From Rhizodiscina lignyota (taxonomy: Eukaryota), in the NCBI GenBank assembly GCA_010015805.1, contig ML978129.1, positions 434,001 through 498,000 of the forward strand: 64,000 bases of DNA. Direction: 5' to 3'. The translations under genes were made by a program, and so were the position numbers. Shown in pieces: positions 50,257 to 62,521 of this stretch. Positions within the stretch are counted from its first letter, which is position 1, and every line of letters begins with the position of its first letter. The notes under the pieces are model-generated. The model was given only the letters and a program-made list of their open reading frames with translations. It ran no database searches and was not told where the DNA came from.

Positions 50257-50926
50257 TATGTGCAATCTCTTCCTGTTCGGGCCTTCTGAAAATGTAAAGA
50301 AAGTTGACGATTAAGAAACATCGGAGAACAAAGAAAAGCGAGCTATGGTTCTTTCAATTACGAGAGGAGGCAAGAGAATGAGGCTTCATGGAAGCACCAA
50401 TAAGCGGTGACGGGAGGGGACTTCCCGCCTTTCGGTTGCACCGGTCGTCCTTCATGATATACGCCGGTGGTTCCGATATGTACTTACGTTCTAACGATTT
50501 GAGAACGTATGGGAAATTGGGAAAAGCATATCCTTCTGATCCTCTATGGAACTCTTATTCGACGGCAGAATAAAAATTAGGTAACTCAACATGGGAGCAA
50601 ATGGAAGCCGAAAAGCCGGAAATTCAGGTTCAGTATGGACAAATTTAGGCGCCGTACTGTAGCGATCGTATTGAGAAATAATATTTCGATGAACGGTATC
50701 AAAAATTGCGCTCTCTGCTCGAAATATGTAGCCAGCGACGTTGAGGCTGAAGGCCGATATATATTTGTAGGGCACTCAAGGTCAAAGGGCATGAAAATCT
50801 CACGCTTAATGCCTGCAAAACCCAATCTACCCATGTCCTTCCAGGAGCCTCATCACGCACCCCAAGCTCAAGCTCCAACGTCACCCTTCCTCTCTCCGCC
50901 CATTCTCCTTCCACACCACCTTCACA

Positions 50927-51759
50927 ATGGACCAAGGCGACCAATTCCACGCCAATCGGCCACACAACCGTCTAGCCCCTCCGGATGGAGCCGAACAGGA
51001 GCCGTACAAGCCCATCGACGCCGTGTCGGAGACGGTCAAGACGACGGCGATAATGGGCGGCGCGGGCGCGATCCTGTCGGGAGTGCAGAACTCGCTGGCA
51101 AGGCAGAACCTTGGACTCATGGGCATTTTTACGCGGACGGGGGGCACGATTGTGACGTTCGGTATGCGGGCTACTACCTTTTTGCCTATCCGCTTGTGGG
51201 ATGATGAGACGGAAGCGGCTTGATGCACGAACATGATGGACTGAGAGCTGACTGTTGTGTGATTGAACAGCTGCAATAGGGGCCAGCTATGCATTCTGCT
51301 CGAGTGCTTCGGCGAATCTGCGTGAGAAGAAGGACAGCTACAACCAAGCGATCGGCGGCTTCTTTGGCGGCGCAATGCTCGGACTACGAGGTGTGTAGCC
51401 CCTCTTCTCTTCCCCTCGGAAAGCCCCTTCCCCTCGCTGAACCAACTCTAATGAAAACAGCACGATCACTTCCTTCCATGGTTGGCTACGGCGCCGGCCT
51501 AGCGGTTCTCATGTTCACCTACGACTATGGCGGCGGTCAGCTGAACGGATACTTCAAGGACCCCCAAGTTGACGAGTACGAACGACACGAGCAGCTGCGG
51601 CGGAATCGGAGGAGGCCGATTCAGGAGACGCTTGCAGAGATGGGCGAGGGACGGGGCGTTTATGGGCCGGGGTATGAAGAGAGGAGAGCAGAACGGATAA
51701 AGGAGCGATATGGGATTGATGTGCCAATCGGAAAGCAGCCAGCGGGAGGAAGCTCATAG
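50927..51759 (+). CDS. NADH:ubiquinone oxidoreductase 21.3 kDa subunit (NDUFA11-like, Tim17/22/23 family), 3 exons
   Basis: YKPIDAV..GVQNSLARQNLG.MGIFTRTG / ASANLREKKDSYN.AIGGF / RRRPIQET.AEMGEGRGVYGPGYEERRAERIKERYG. Confidence 0.92.
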
Positions 51760-52040
51760 GATAGAGAGTTGGTGGGGATGTGACAAGTATCTTACAAAAG
51801 AGAGTGCTGTCAAACGACTGGATAGAGGCCATCATCGCTGCAGTTTGGGAAGAAAAGCCCATCGGATGTATATAGTAGGAACAGGAAGGGCTAAATGCCA
51901 CGTGCTTCAGGTATCACCATGGCCGTTTTTCAGTCAAATCTCCGCCACAAGATCAACGCCAGTACCGTCTTGCCTGTGGTACAGTTCCATTGCAAATTCG
52001 AATCCCCAATACCGCCTCCATGTCGAGCTTCATCATTAGC

Positions 52041-53672
52041 TTAAGTTCGGTTTTCCTCCCCTCGACGCACACCGACAGCCATTAAAATATCATTAATGCC
52101 CAGCTGGGGCCCACCAGGTAGCTTTTCCCTCCATATCTCGTCCGCCACTCGCTCACTTTCCGGAACCACACTCCAATGGGGCGACGGCTCTTGTTTCAGC
52201 CACTTGAAGTCGTCCACCTGATCCCACATATTCTGCTTCGTGAATGCTTCACCGTTCGCCTGTTTACTTTTTCGTCAGCTCGCCGTTCTCACGTCGATCC
52301 CTAGATGTATTCACAATTACAAAAGAGAAGAAAGAAACGGAAAGAAAATCGAGTCTACGTAAGAGGAATCAGAGCAAGGAAAGCGAGGGGAGACGTACGA
52401 ACACCTTCGAAAGCGGCGCAAACCTCACTTCCTCACAGTCCTCGATAATCGGCCTGCTCCCACACTCGAGGTAGACATCCACCTTTTGGCACGCATGCAT
52501 CCGAAACTGCCCGCACGCAACTACCACAACGCAATTACTCAGCTCCGTGACGTGTGCCGGCCCATCAACCCTCCCACAAACAAGCAGGCTGTCCTTGATA
52601 CTCTTCAATGTGAGGCCAGCGAACGACTTCCCCTTCTCAATATTCTTTTGCCCTGCGGTCAGATGGTCGGAAGACGCCGTAGGCGACGAAGTAGGCGACG
52701 AGGCCGTCGGAATGCTCATGTCGACGATACAACGCCGTAGCTGCGAGAGCGTTCCAGTAGTCATGGCATGCGAGGCTGACGCAGGTAGTATGATGTGTGC
52801 GTCTCGCTTGTTCGAAATCGACACGCTGGTGTCCTGCGAGAAAGACGGCCTGTGGACCCGCTTCACCTCTCCTGGACCCGTGCTCCCATCAAGCGCATCC
52901 ACCGCCCTCTCTCTCGTCGCGTCGTCAGGCTTCAACAGCCTGTCACCAATTTCCGCGATGCTATCCTGCACCTGCTTGTCCAGCGTTCCCTTAGCTGGTT
53001 CGTTCGGCGGCGACGAGATCTCGATGGGCGTGTTCGACACGCTCGTTTCCGGAGGCGACATGTCGGAAGCGCTGGCGTAGCCCAAGTTCGTTTTGCGCTC
53101 TTTCTCCGTGATCTCAGCTGCGTCCGAAAGGGAGATCGCCGAAGCGTTCTTCCTTGTCGTCTTGAACGAGAACTTTGGGCGCGGGGCGAATGATTGTCTG
53201 ACGTGTTGTAGCTTTTCTGAGAGAGCCTTGACTGCCTGTCTTGCGGCATAAGTATGGTGACTATGGAGAGGTAATAATGGAATGAAAGCCACAATAGGGA
53301 GCGAAGATGCAAAAAGAAATGGCTCAGGGAATACATAGTTCAAATTGAATTCAGCAGAAGCAAACTCGAGAAACCTACCTCCGCATACGTCCTCTGATCA
53401 TAAGCTGGTACATAACTGCTCGCATCTTTGACCTCTTGTGATAATCTTGCGATGCCAGCTAGACAGTGCTCGACGGCGTCGTTCCTCTCCCCACCCGCAA
53501 GGGCGGTATTAGCTAGGCGCTCCATCTGCTCTTGCAGCGCTATGTTAACGCATTAGCAAGGTGTACTCCACGTTTGCAGGTTAAGTAGAATACCAGTAAC
53601 TTCGGCCTGGAAGTAGCGGAAGAAGCGAAGCTTCATTGCCGTAGGGTCAGGGGGTGTGGTCGGCGATGCCAT
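52041..53672 (-). CDS. Tubulin-specific chaperone C (TBCC), multi-exon
   Basis: RFFRYFQAEVT, VKDASSYVPAYDQRTY, PRPKFSFK, CGRVDGPAHVT, ACGQFRMHAC, SRPIIEDC..VRFAP, NMWDQVDDFKWLK..PSPHWS. Confidence 0.93.
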
Positions 53673-54573
53673 GGTTGAGAGTTGAAGTTGGAGTTTAAGC
53701 GGGGGTTATAGAAGAGAGAAACTTTCGACTATGGCAAAAGCAGTGCAAATTAAAATTTGTAGTGGGATTGCAAATTGGGTTTGTAGAGGCTCATATGACT
53801 TTGCTCGTGTCTTTACTTGCGGCCCGAGGGTGAAGTTGATTGGATGCAGCCTGATAGATGTACGAGCGTCTAGAAAATCAAACCACGGACGCTAGTGCTT
53901 TGGATGTAAGAAAATTAGAGAGAGAAAATGGAAATTCTTGAGGACTGAGCCAGAACAGTGTAGGGATTAAGAGAGGTAAGCTGGGCGAAGCAGTGTGACC
54001 TTGATCGTGGCGTTTGTTGGCGATCACTTTCTGCGGGGTGATGCTTGAGGTCATACGGCAGAACGTTCTTTAAACATCGCTGAAAATCACGAGCAGCCCA
54101 GATGTATTCTCCAAAGGCTTTCTTTCAAGTGAGAGGATTTCTTCTGAAGCTATTGGATGCTATCAAAGTACAATGCACTTTTTGTACAGTCGCCTTGCAC
54201 GCTATGAGGCAGGAAGAATTGCACATGCCCAGAGCCAGGTCCCCTTAAACGACTCAACACCTAAACGCCACGAACAATGCTAAAAAGAAAGGGCGTACTG
54301 TACAAAACAAAAGAAGGAAATCCATGCAAGGCATTCGGTCTGCCCATTAGTGAAACAGAAATCATCAGTCCGCAATGCTGACGCCAGTCCGAGCCATTTG
54401 ATCCCGATTCGCTCGGCCGAGGAGAGTATAAGGCGACAAATGCGATGGGACACAGAGAGCGTCGTTAGCCTTGGACCTCTCCCCGTAGCCCACACACTGC
54501 CAGCAAACCCATCTCATGACGATAGATGAAACGATTGGGTTGTTCTCATCGCAAACCTTCGCCAGCGTCTCCA

Positions 54574-56559
54574 CTACGCGGAGCCCGCAAATTGGACAAC
54601 TCCTGGGCCCGGTTTCGCTGCCAGCGACGTCGCCAGACGCTCTCGCTCGAGTTTCTCCTGCTCCATCATTGCGCGGTCAGCCTTGGTAACACGTGGTTTC
54701 CGCACTGTCGTGCCACCTCTCGAGCCGCGTCCTGTTCCTGCGCCGCCACGACTACCTCTTCCGGACGTCTCGCCTCGTGTCGCGCCGCCGCGACCGCGAC
54801 CGCGACCTCGGCGAACTGTGCCATCGGCCCTGGAAGGATAATTAGCATTGTCTCTGTACGTCGTGGATGCGATAGAATGGAAAACGTACCGCTCAACAAC
54901 CTGCTTCTCGCCCTCCGTGACGAGCGGTCCACTGTACACAAAGAAGCCATCCTTAGCCATGAGCGCTTGCTGCTCCCACGCCATTTCCGTATCATCGATG
55001 AACTCGTCCGTGCGATCGTAATCTTCGACCTTGCGCTTCCGCTGTCTAGGCAGTCCCGCAGCAGTCAGCGAGACGTCATCCTTCTCCTCACCCATGTCGC
55101 TATCTTTCTCCGGATCGCTCAGGTCAACTGACATGTCGTCCGCTGAGCCCACACCTGCGTTCTTCTCCAGTGCAGCAGCAGCAGCAGCCATCTGGCGACG
55201 TTTCTCGTTGCGTGCAGCGATGCGTGGATGGAGCGCAGCAAAGCCGTACGTCTTCTCGACCTCGCGTGCGAAATTGATCGTGACGTTGTTCTTTCCCTTG
55301 AGGTCAAATGTAAGCCAGATGTTGGTGCCTGGTTTTTCGCCATTTCCATTTGTGGCGGTGCTAATGCCACCGAATGGCGTGCCGGAAAGCAGGCCACTAC
55401 CCGTTGGAAGCGGTGGCGGGGCTTGGGTTTGCCTAGAGGCCTTGTTTGGCGGTGTCGGCGCGTTTGACGATGGGCCAGCACTCCCCGTTTCCATCTTCTT
55501 CGGAACAATCGGTTGTTGCCTGTGAGCTGCATCTTTGTCGGAATCAATTTCCATGGGTTGCGCCACAGATCCCACGGGTGGTCTCTGAGTTGGTAGAGGT
55601 TGAGGGGGCGGAGGATACTGGTTTGGCCTGTGCATTGGCATAGGCGAAACCGGATTAGACGTGACACCAGTTGCAGGTGCAGGCGCGAGTCGAGACTGGT
55701 GCTGCATTGGCCCTGCCTGGCCCGGTTGAGGCGCTTGAGGAGGATCGATGAGACTGGTGATAGATGGAGACGCACTCGCTCGATTCATCATGCGCGGCTG
55801 CGGCGATACTGGTGGCATAGCACTCGAGTTTGTACTTTGCGAAGCGCGGATGGGGTCGAATAATTGGCCAGATGACGCTGGTCGAGGAGTTGGGGGAGCG
55901 ACGTTGGACGGTAGCACGTGATGTTGATGTTGGTGCGGGTGCTGGTGCTGGTGCTGTGGATGCGGTTGGAGATTGTGAGTGACATGAGGAGGTGGATGAG
56001 CATATGAGGTCGAAGGCGAGTGTGTCTGCGAATGCGTGGGAGTTTGCTGCGCGTGTTGTTGCGGCGGCGGCGAGATTTGCGTTTGCACATTGACATTGAC
56101 ATTCGCATTGGGATGTGCGGGGGCGTGGGCCGGGCCGACGAGGTCAGTGATTTTCTGCTGGTGTGAGGCTGCTGGTGCGACCTTCACCTCGTCGTGCTCC
56201 GTCTTTAACCGTTTGCGCGGCTTCGGCGGGGCGTTGGGGTCCTTGGGCTTGCGCGGCGCGCGAGTCTTCTTTTCTTCAGGCGGCGCATTTGGGTCTTTGG
56301 GCTTGCGCTGTCGAGTCTTCTTGGCGGGCGGCGCGTTGGAGGCGTTGGCGGTGTTGGTGGAGGTTGTGGCCGAGTTATTTTTAGCGAGCGTTGACGATGC
56401 TGCAGGAACAACATCAACACCAGAGGAATTGTGGGATTGCGGATGCGCTGGGCTGCCGCGCGAGAGGGCGTGTGGAGGCGGCGTCGAGAGGGCCGACGAG
56501 GAATCCGACGCCGCCGCCTCTTCCCCTCCAGCTTGGCCTGCTGCCGATGCCGCGTCCAT
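54574..56559 (-). CDS. HPC2: HIR complex subunit Hpc2 (HUN/HRD domain)
   Basis: INFAREVEKTYGFAALHPR; HUN domain EDYDRTDEFIDDTE...DGFFVYSGPL; probable 60-nt intron at 54830-54889. Confidence 0.88.
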   Translation of the reverse strand: MDAASAAGQAGGEEAAASDSSSALSTPPPHALSRGSPAHPQSHNSSGVDVVPAASSTLAKNNSATTSTNTANASNAPPAKKTRQRKPKDPNAPPEEKKTRAPRKPKDPNAPPKPRKRLKTEHDEVKVAPAASHQQKITDLVGPAHAPAHPNANVNVNVQTQISPPPQQHAQQTPTHSQTHSPSTSYAHPPPHVTHNLQPHPQHQHQHPHQHQHHVLPSNVAPPTPRPASSGQLFDPIRASQSTNSSAMPPVSPQPRMMNRASASPSITSLIDPPQAPQPGQAGPMQHQSRLAPAPATGVTSNPVSPMPMHRPNQYPPPPQPLPTQRPPVGSVAQPMEIDSDKDAAHRQQPIVPKKMETGSAGPSSNAPTPPNKASRQTQAPPPLPTGSGLLSGTPFGGISTATNGNGEKPGTNIWLTFDLKGKNNVTINFAREVEKTYGFAALHPRIAARNEKRRQMAAAAAALEKNAGVGSADDMSVDLSDPEKDSDMGEEKDDVSLTAAGLPRQRKRKVEDYDRTDEFIDDTEMAWEQQALMAKDGFFVYSGPLVTEGEKQVVERYVFHSIASTTYRDNANYPSRADGTVRRGRGRGRGGATRGETSGRGSRGGAGTGRGSRGGTTVRKPRVTKADRAMMEQEKLERERLATSLAAKPGPGVVQFAGSA

Positions 56560-57736
56560 GCCTGCGACTGCAACACCACAAATATCGCCGATATCAGGAT
56601 GTCCGCTGCAACTACGCGCGCTGAAACTCCATCAAGGCCCTGCAGCTGCGCGAGATGAAACCGGCGACGAAATGGCGCTCAGGCGTCCTTATTCGAGCGC
56701 TGCTGTGGCGGCGACTGCTGCGTGGCCGCTTCTGGAAAAGGCCTCCTTGCTGGCAACTCTCCCACGACCACAAGGTGCAACGAACACGATGCACTCGAGG
56801 AATTGGCGACGGTCGAGCCAGATGCGACCTGCAGGATGTCTGAATGGAGCTGTCGAGCTCGGCACTTCGATGGCGTTGGCTGGCGATGAAACCTGCTCGA
56901 AAAGAGGTGTTTTCCGACGGCAGCAAAAAGTCGAGCAAGCGCTGTGGAGTGAAGAAGAGAAGGAGGAGAAGAGCAGGGCAAAAGGTTATGTATGAGGGGA
57001 GCTGCGTTGAGCGTTATAATGCGAAGCGGATTGCGACACAAGCGACGACAGGCAGAGGGGGACACTTTGGGCCAGTCGCTCAGGCGGACAAAGCTTTTGC
57101 TCGGCCAAGCAAGATGACCCTTCTTGCCTGCTGCTCGAGCCGGTTAGCTAGCTATCTAATTAGTCCTGATTTCGTCTTGCTGCTGCCGCCGCGGAGCCCT
57201 ACACGCCCACCGATTACAGGGCATGACAGCAGATGCCTCTCCTCGCAGGGATGCTTCCGAACACATGGTCGTGTACCGTCCATTTTCACGTAGCAGGTGA
57301 GTGGCCCAGCAAAACAGATCCCACAGATCGGCTTACTCGCATGTATTACGCTGAATGTGTTCTCGACGCAGCCAAAACGGGGTAGCAGACACGCAGCTTC
57401 GAGACACGCCGCTCTCACACTGCCGCATCAAGATGCATGTTTTGCTGAAGGCATTGCGGAGTCCAGTTACTGTTGCAACATGTTTCTTGTGGGATGTATA
57501 TACGCCTACGACCCACGGTCGAGTAGATGAGGTGTGGAAGTGGTTGGGGGTGCGCTGGAGCATTTCGGAGTGCCGGGGTCGAGAATTTGCATCTGATACG
57601 TCCATCGATCCGGCACGGCGGTACGCTACTCCCCATGCAGCCTAGCGCCGCGCCACCCCGCGCAAGACGCGTGCAGCCATTTTTGAGGCTCATGTGCTAC
57701 GCCGCACTCTCGAAATCTAAGCCTCACCTCACCACC

Positions 57737-59059
57737 ATGGAAAATCTCCGCGGAGAGCGCTTCGAGCTCGATTTGGGAGGTAATGATGCACCTGCTCAGA
57801 TTCCCGACGCGCTCGCTTCATTCTCTCTAGTAGGCGACGTACTCGAACGTGCTCCCTCGCAACCAGTGCCACCATCTGCGCCGATAGCTAAGAGCTCTAC
57901 AAGCGGATTCCCAGCACATCGCAAGAGAACAAGACCCTCGACTTTCAAACAGCGCAGAGGCCAAGTGTCTGAAGACAGTTCAGTCGCTTCTTCTGCTTCA
58001 AAGGCTGTAGGAGGTATCCAGAATGGACAGAGTGACGTTCATGTTCCTCGAAGTTTTGAGGAAGCAGACAGGATGCGGATAGACGAAGAGAACCGCCAGA
58101 AGATTGCCAGCATGTCTCCAGAAGAGATTGAGAAGGAGCGGCAGGAACTCTTCTCTGGGCTGAATCCTGGTCTAATTGAAAAGCTGTTGAAGCGCTCCAC
58201 CATCGACAGTGAACCGCCACAGCAATTTAATGCCGCTGACGTGCAGGAAAAGAAGCCTTCCAAGCCCTCCAAAGGATCGAAACGCGTGGCCTTTGCCGAA
58301 CCTGCCCATGAGCAAGCCGCAGAGGACACACAGAAGATTGATGAGAAGACTAACACCGCCCACGTTAACGACGATGAAGAAGTGACGACACAGACCTCCA
58401 GTTTGGATACTACTGTCATAGACAACAACGACACCCAACAGACCTCGGACTCGATACACTTTCCGAGGCCTCCGGAGCCACCAGACCTCGACCCATCTGA
58501 CCCCTCCTTCCTTGAAGCGCTCCACTCGAAATACTTCCCCAACCTCGCACACGACCCATCCAAGCTCTCCTGGATGAAAGACGCCTCTCTCGATGATACC
58601 AACTCACCTTACCACCCCTCGCAAGCTTCTCTCCCCGCATCTGCATTACGCTTCAACTTCTCCGGCGCATTACTCCCGCCCAACCTCTCGCGCCAGATAT
58701 CCACCTCAGCAGGCCTGCATCATCATGGCGATGCGCCTGAAGCTGCCGGCTACACCATCCCGGAACTAGCACACCTCGCGCGGTCGACTTATGCTCCGCA
58801 GCGGTGCATGGCGTACCAGACTCTGGGGCGCATACTGTACAGGCTTGGCACGGGAGGTTTTGGGAACGAGCATGACGAGAACGAGGAGATTTCGAACTTG
58901 CCGAAGGGCTTGTGGGACTGTATTGAAGAGACAAAGGTGCTGGATGTTATGTCGAATGAGGCTAATAGGGAGAAGGGACATTTGACTGCGCGCACGTATG
59001 CGCAGGAGGCTGTGTGGAACTGGCAGCGAGGCGGGGGAAGAAAGAGAAAGGCGCAGTGA
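57737..59059 (+). CDS. RBA50: RNA polymerase II-associated protein Rba50 (RPAP1)
   Basis: RPAP1_N IDEENRQKIASMSPEEIEKERQELF..L.P.LIEKLLKR; RPAP1_C LRFNFSG..GLHHHGDAPEAAGYTIPELAHLARST..QRC.AYQTLGRIL. Confidence 0.93.
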   Translation: MENLRGERFELDLGGNDAPAQIPDALASFSLVGDVLERAPSQPVPPSAPIAKSSTSGFPAHRKRTRPSTFKQRRGQVSEDSSVASSASKAVGGIQNGQSDVHVPRSFEEADRMRIDEENRQKIASMSPEEIEKERQELFSGLNPGLIEKLLKRSTIDSEPPQQFNAADVQEKKPSKPSKGSKRVAFAEPAHEQAAEDTQKIDEKTNTAHVNDDEEVTTQTSSLDTTVIDNNDTQQTSDSIHFPRPPEPPDLDPSDPSFLEALHSKYFPNLAHDPSKLSWMKDASLDDTNSPYHPSQASLPASALRFNFSGALLPPNLSRQISTSAGLHHHGDAPEAAGYTIPELAHLARSTYAPQRCMAYQTLGRILYRLGTGGFGNEHDENEEISNLPKGLWDCIEETKVLDVMSNEANREKGHLTARTYAQEAVWNWQRGGGRKRKAQ

Positions 59060-60754
59060 TGATGAGATGAGACAGTATTCATGTATCATATCTGCAAGCG
59101 GAAGGAGGGGAAAGGGTTGAGGTTTCTCGGTGCGTCGGGATATTGATAGAGAGATCAAATCTTTGAAGGCCAAAGGCCACGAAGAGCTTGCTGCTGCGCT
59201 CTTTCAAAGCAGCGCTACTAACACTCTTCATTAAACCCAACAGCGATCTCTGTTGAACTGGAGAACATACCCTTTATCAAACCAAAGATATTGTTATTGA
59301 ACTAAAGTACAGAACACTGTCAAACCATCTCTACAGACACTCTTGGTCAAAACACAACACTCCCATCAAACTATAGAACACTATCCGCCCTACTGAAGAA
59401 CACTCATTTACCCAAAGGACACTCTCGTCACACTTAGTGAAGATTGCAGGGGAAACCCTAGCACTCCATCCTGCAGACAGAGTGTATGTCGAATAATGTA
59501 GGATACATAATACCTATCGTATATGCCAGTTCGTACACTCGCACTCGAGGAGCTTTCGGCCAATCACGAATAGATGCTCGATAATCTTTACCGCAGTTGT
59601 GATTCGCAGACCTGCTAAAATGTATTTGAAATTTCAAAGCCCGTGGACTTTCGATCAAGGAGCTCCCCGATCAATCTCAAATAGATGCTCGACGGCACTT
59701 GTTTATGCCCTGACAAAGAGGTCTGCATTATCCCAATCAACACGCTCATTGAAAGCCGCTGTATGCAATATGCATGCTCAAAATGGCCCAACCGGGTATG
59801 ATCATGCTCTATAACTTTTCCGGCCCCAATATTCCCTGTCTATAATGTACAAGCCCAGGTGGTGATGTGCTGCTGTAGTCCTTCCAACTGATGGCAGATA
59901 TGTTGCAGGTGTATATTACAGATGACCGTCTCATAATGAAGAAAAGTGGAATTTCGTTGGAAGATCATTGCAGGCGTATCGAGCCCTTGAAGCTGTTTAA
60001 GAATCTTTCAAACCACGATCGCGTCGGCGCGGCGTCGAGCTCGGCAACCAAATTGACATAGTGCTCCGGATTCGATGTCGGGCGCATGAAACTTTCAGAG
60101 ACAGGATACTAAGGTGAAATGTCAGTCATTGAACTGTTGGTGGCGTTTTGAACGAGAATGAAAGTGGATAGTCTACCTTTGTCTTGTACCTGTTACCCAT
60201 CAGAGAATACAGAGCATTTATGTTGCGCAGCTCATGCTGGCTCCGTGCAGAGCTCATCTCTCCTCCATTCTTCGACAGATGGAATTGCAATGCACTCTGT
60301 ATCGAGACGGTCGGTCGGAGGGGATCCTTAGGCCATTGTGCAATGATGCGCGCGTAGTGCCGGGCGACGTTCTACAACAGCGAAATTAGATAGGCGCCTG
60401 GACAGTGGGGGAAATTACCAACATTTGTTGCTACACTCATACTTCTTTGTTAACGAGGCAGCGGAAGCACATGGAAGCTTAGGGAGCAGATTGACGATGT
60501 CATGCGTTGCGTTCGCGCTGCTGTGCTCGGCTGGGCCCATGCCGTCCACAGTGGCTTGGACGAGCGAGTAGGAGTGGCGGCTGACGAAACCATCGAAACA
60601 CTCCTCCGCAATCAACCATACATCTCTACCTACACCTCCTTCTCCTTCCCCTTCACCCCTTCCCACTCGCAGCCGTACAGACATACTCTACTTCTCCTCT
60701 TCGTACACGAGCAATTCACCTAATCACCGTTTGTGAGCGAGAGAGCGCGCTGCC

Positions 60755-62031
60755 ATGAGCTCTCAGCGCTACCAGCGAGTGCGTCGCCCCATATCTCCCC
60801 GACCATCAGGCCGCAGCAACAATAGCGATGCTAACAAAACCCCCTCGCAGGTATCCGGACACGATGAAGACGACTCTCCAATAAGCCCTCACCCAGTAGC
60901 CCGCTCATCTTCCATTCCCACCTCGCCGCCGCCATCCTTCCGCTCCCGTGCCTCGTCGCCATCCTCCAGGCACCTGCTCTCTGAGCAGGACCCCCTCGTC
61001 AACGACGCCGACCGCACACTGCACGACACGTTCGACTCACCGTCCGATGATGAAGGCTCAGATGATGGCAGAAACAGCGGAGACGACAGGCAGCGGCTGA
61101 TGCGCGCGAATAGCAGCCAGCAGGAGGCAAGCAATGGAGATGAGACGACGACGATGACGACGACAACCACAACCACAACAACGACTTCGAGCCGTCAGGG
61201 GATGCAGAGGAGGGTGACGGAGCTACCAACTTTCGTGGCGCAGACAGCATCACAATGGGGCTCGAGAGTGTTTGGAGGTGGGAGTACGGCGAATGATGGC
61301 GTGTTTGCGAATTTGAGCGCGAAACCTACGAGAGGAGAGGATGTTGAGGAGAAGCCACCCGTACGTCTACTCTCTTCTATTTGGTCATTATTATACCGGT
61401 ACACAAACAATATATGCTAACATAGTCCTTGCAGACATACGAACAAGCAGCGGCTGACGCCACTCCTCCCTATTGGGAAACGACCATTCTTGCACCTGGC
61501 ATGGTGTCCGATGAAGTCTTCGTCGATGGCCTACCAGTTGGCAGCGTCTTTTCATTCATATGGAACGGCATGATCAGCATGTCATTCCAGATCGTCGGTT
61601 TCCTTCTCACCTATCTTCTGCACACCACGCACGCTGCTAAAAATGGCTCCCGTGCTGGCCTTGGCATCACATTGGTCCAATACGGCTTCTCTCTCAAAGG
61701 GAGCTCGATTGTACGCGATTCCAACCCTGCTGGAACACCCGATAATGTAGGGCCGCCGCCTGATCCGAACTCACACAATTTCGATCCGAATTTGGTGCAA
61801 GGTGGCGACTCTGGACCAGCTACGGGAGGCGGTGATGCAAGCGCTGGTGGCCTCACGACGAGTGATTGGTTTGCATACATATTAATGATTGTCGGCTGGT
61901 TTATTCTCATCAGGGCGATAAGCGACTTTTTGCGCGCGAGGAAGCACGAGCAGCTGGTACTGCAGAGCCCGGATCGCGGCTTGGGCGTGCCGGTTGTGGC
62001 AGAAGGAGAACAGCCAGAGACGAGTGTATGA
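60755..62031 (+). CDS. BSD2: Metal homeostasis protein Bsd2 (Rsp5 adaptor, DUF2370), 3 exons
   Basis: NDGVFANLSAKP, PP/TYEQAAADATPPYWETTI (PPxY across an intron), DGLPVGSVFSFIWN, GFLLTYLLHTTHAAKNGSRAGLG. Confidence 0.93.
61144..61187 (+). repeat. Imperfect ACN trinucleotide run encoding poly-Thr in BSD2
   Basis: acgacgacgatgacgacgacaaccacaaccacaacaacgact translates as TTTMTTTTTTTTTT. Confidence 0.85.
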
Positions 62032-62521
62032 GTGTGTACGTTGAGGCATTGTTATCGGTATGGAATTGGATTGGGCACCCTGGGAACTGTGAATAGGTCG
62101 AATCGCGATGGGACGATATGCGGCGTTTTGCTTTATACCGCTCGATTATGACAAAGAGGAGAGTCTCAGTTGTATGCTCTCGCTGGTTCTATTTGGCCCT
62201 CTAGAGAATTTCAAGACTCTTCCTTCCTGCATAAGGTTACGCTTTGTCTTCATGGTGCTTGCCAAGTTGATCAAGCCAAGGGTGGTGCTTTCCCATTCTC
62301 CTTGTGTCTCGTTTATATCTCGTTTTCCGCTTCATCAATATCTCGCTCTCTTGTCCTTCAATAGCGATCATACAGTCAAGCCTACCTCGCTCTCTTGCCC
62401 TTCATTCATACAGTAAAGCATACTTTCAGCAAATGTCCAGCTTCCTTAACTTCTGGACTTCCCATGCTGCAGTTGTATTCTTCTGTCGTTACCCTGGTCT
62501 TTCTGCACAATCGTTCGTACA

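Noticed and set aside
56036..56995. 319-aa plus-strand ORF
   Set aside because: Antisense to the low-complexity HPC2 N-terminus and its 5' region.
57527..57736. 70-codon in-frame extension upstream of RBA50
   Set aside because: The conserved-looking sequence starts at MENLRGERFEL with a good accaccATGG context; the extension looks like UTR.
59300..59410. Recurring agaacact octamer
   Set aside because: Only about three irregularly spaced copies in A/C-rich sequence; not a CRISPR-like or tandem array.
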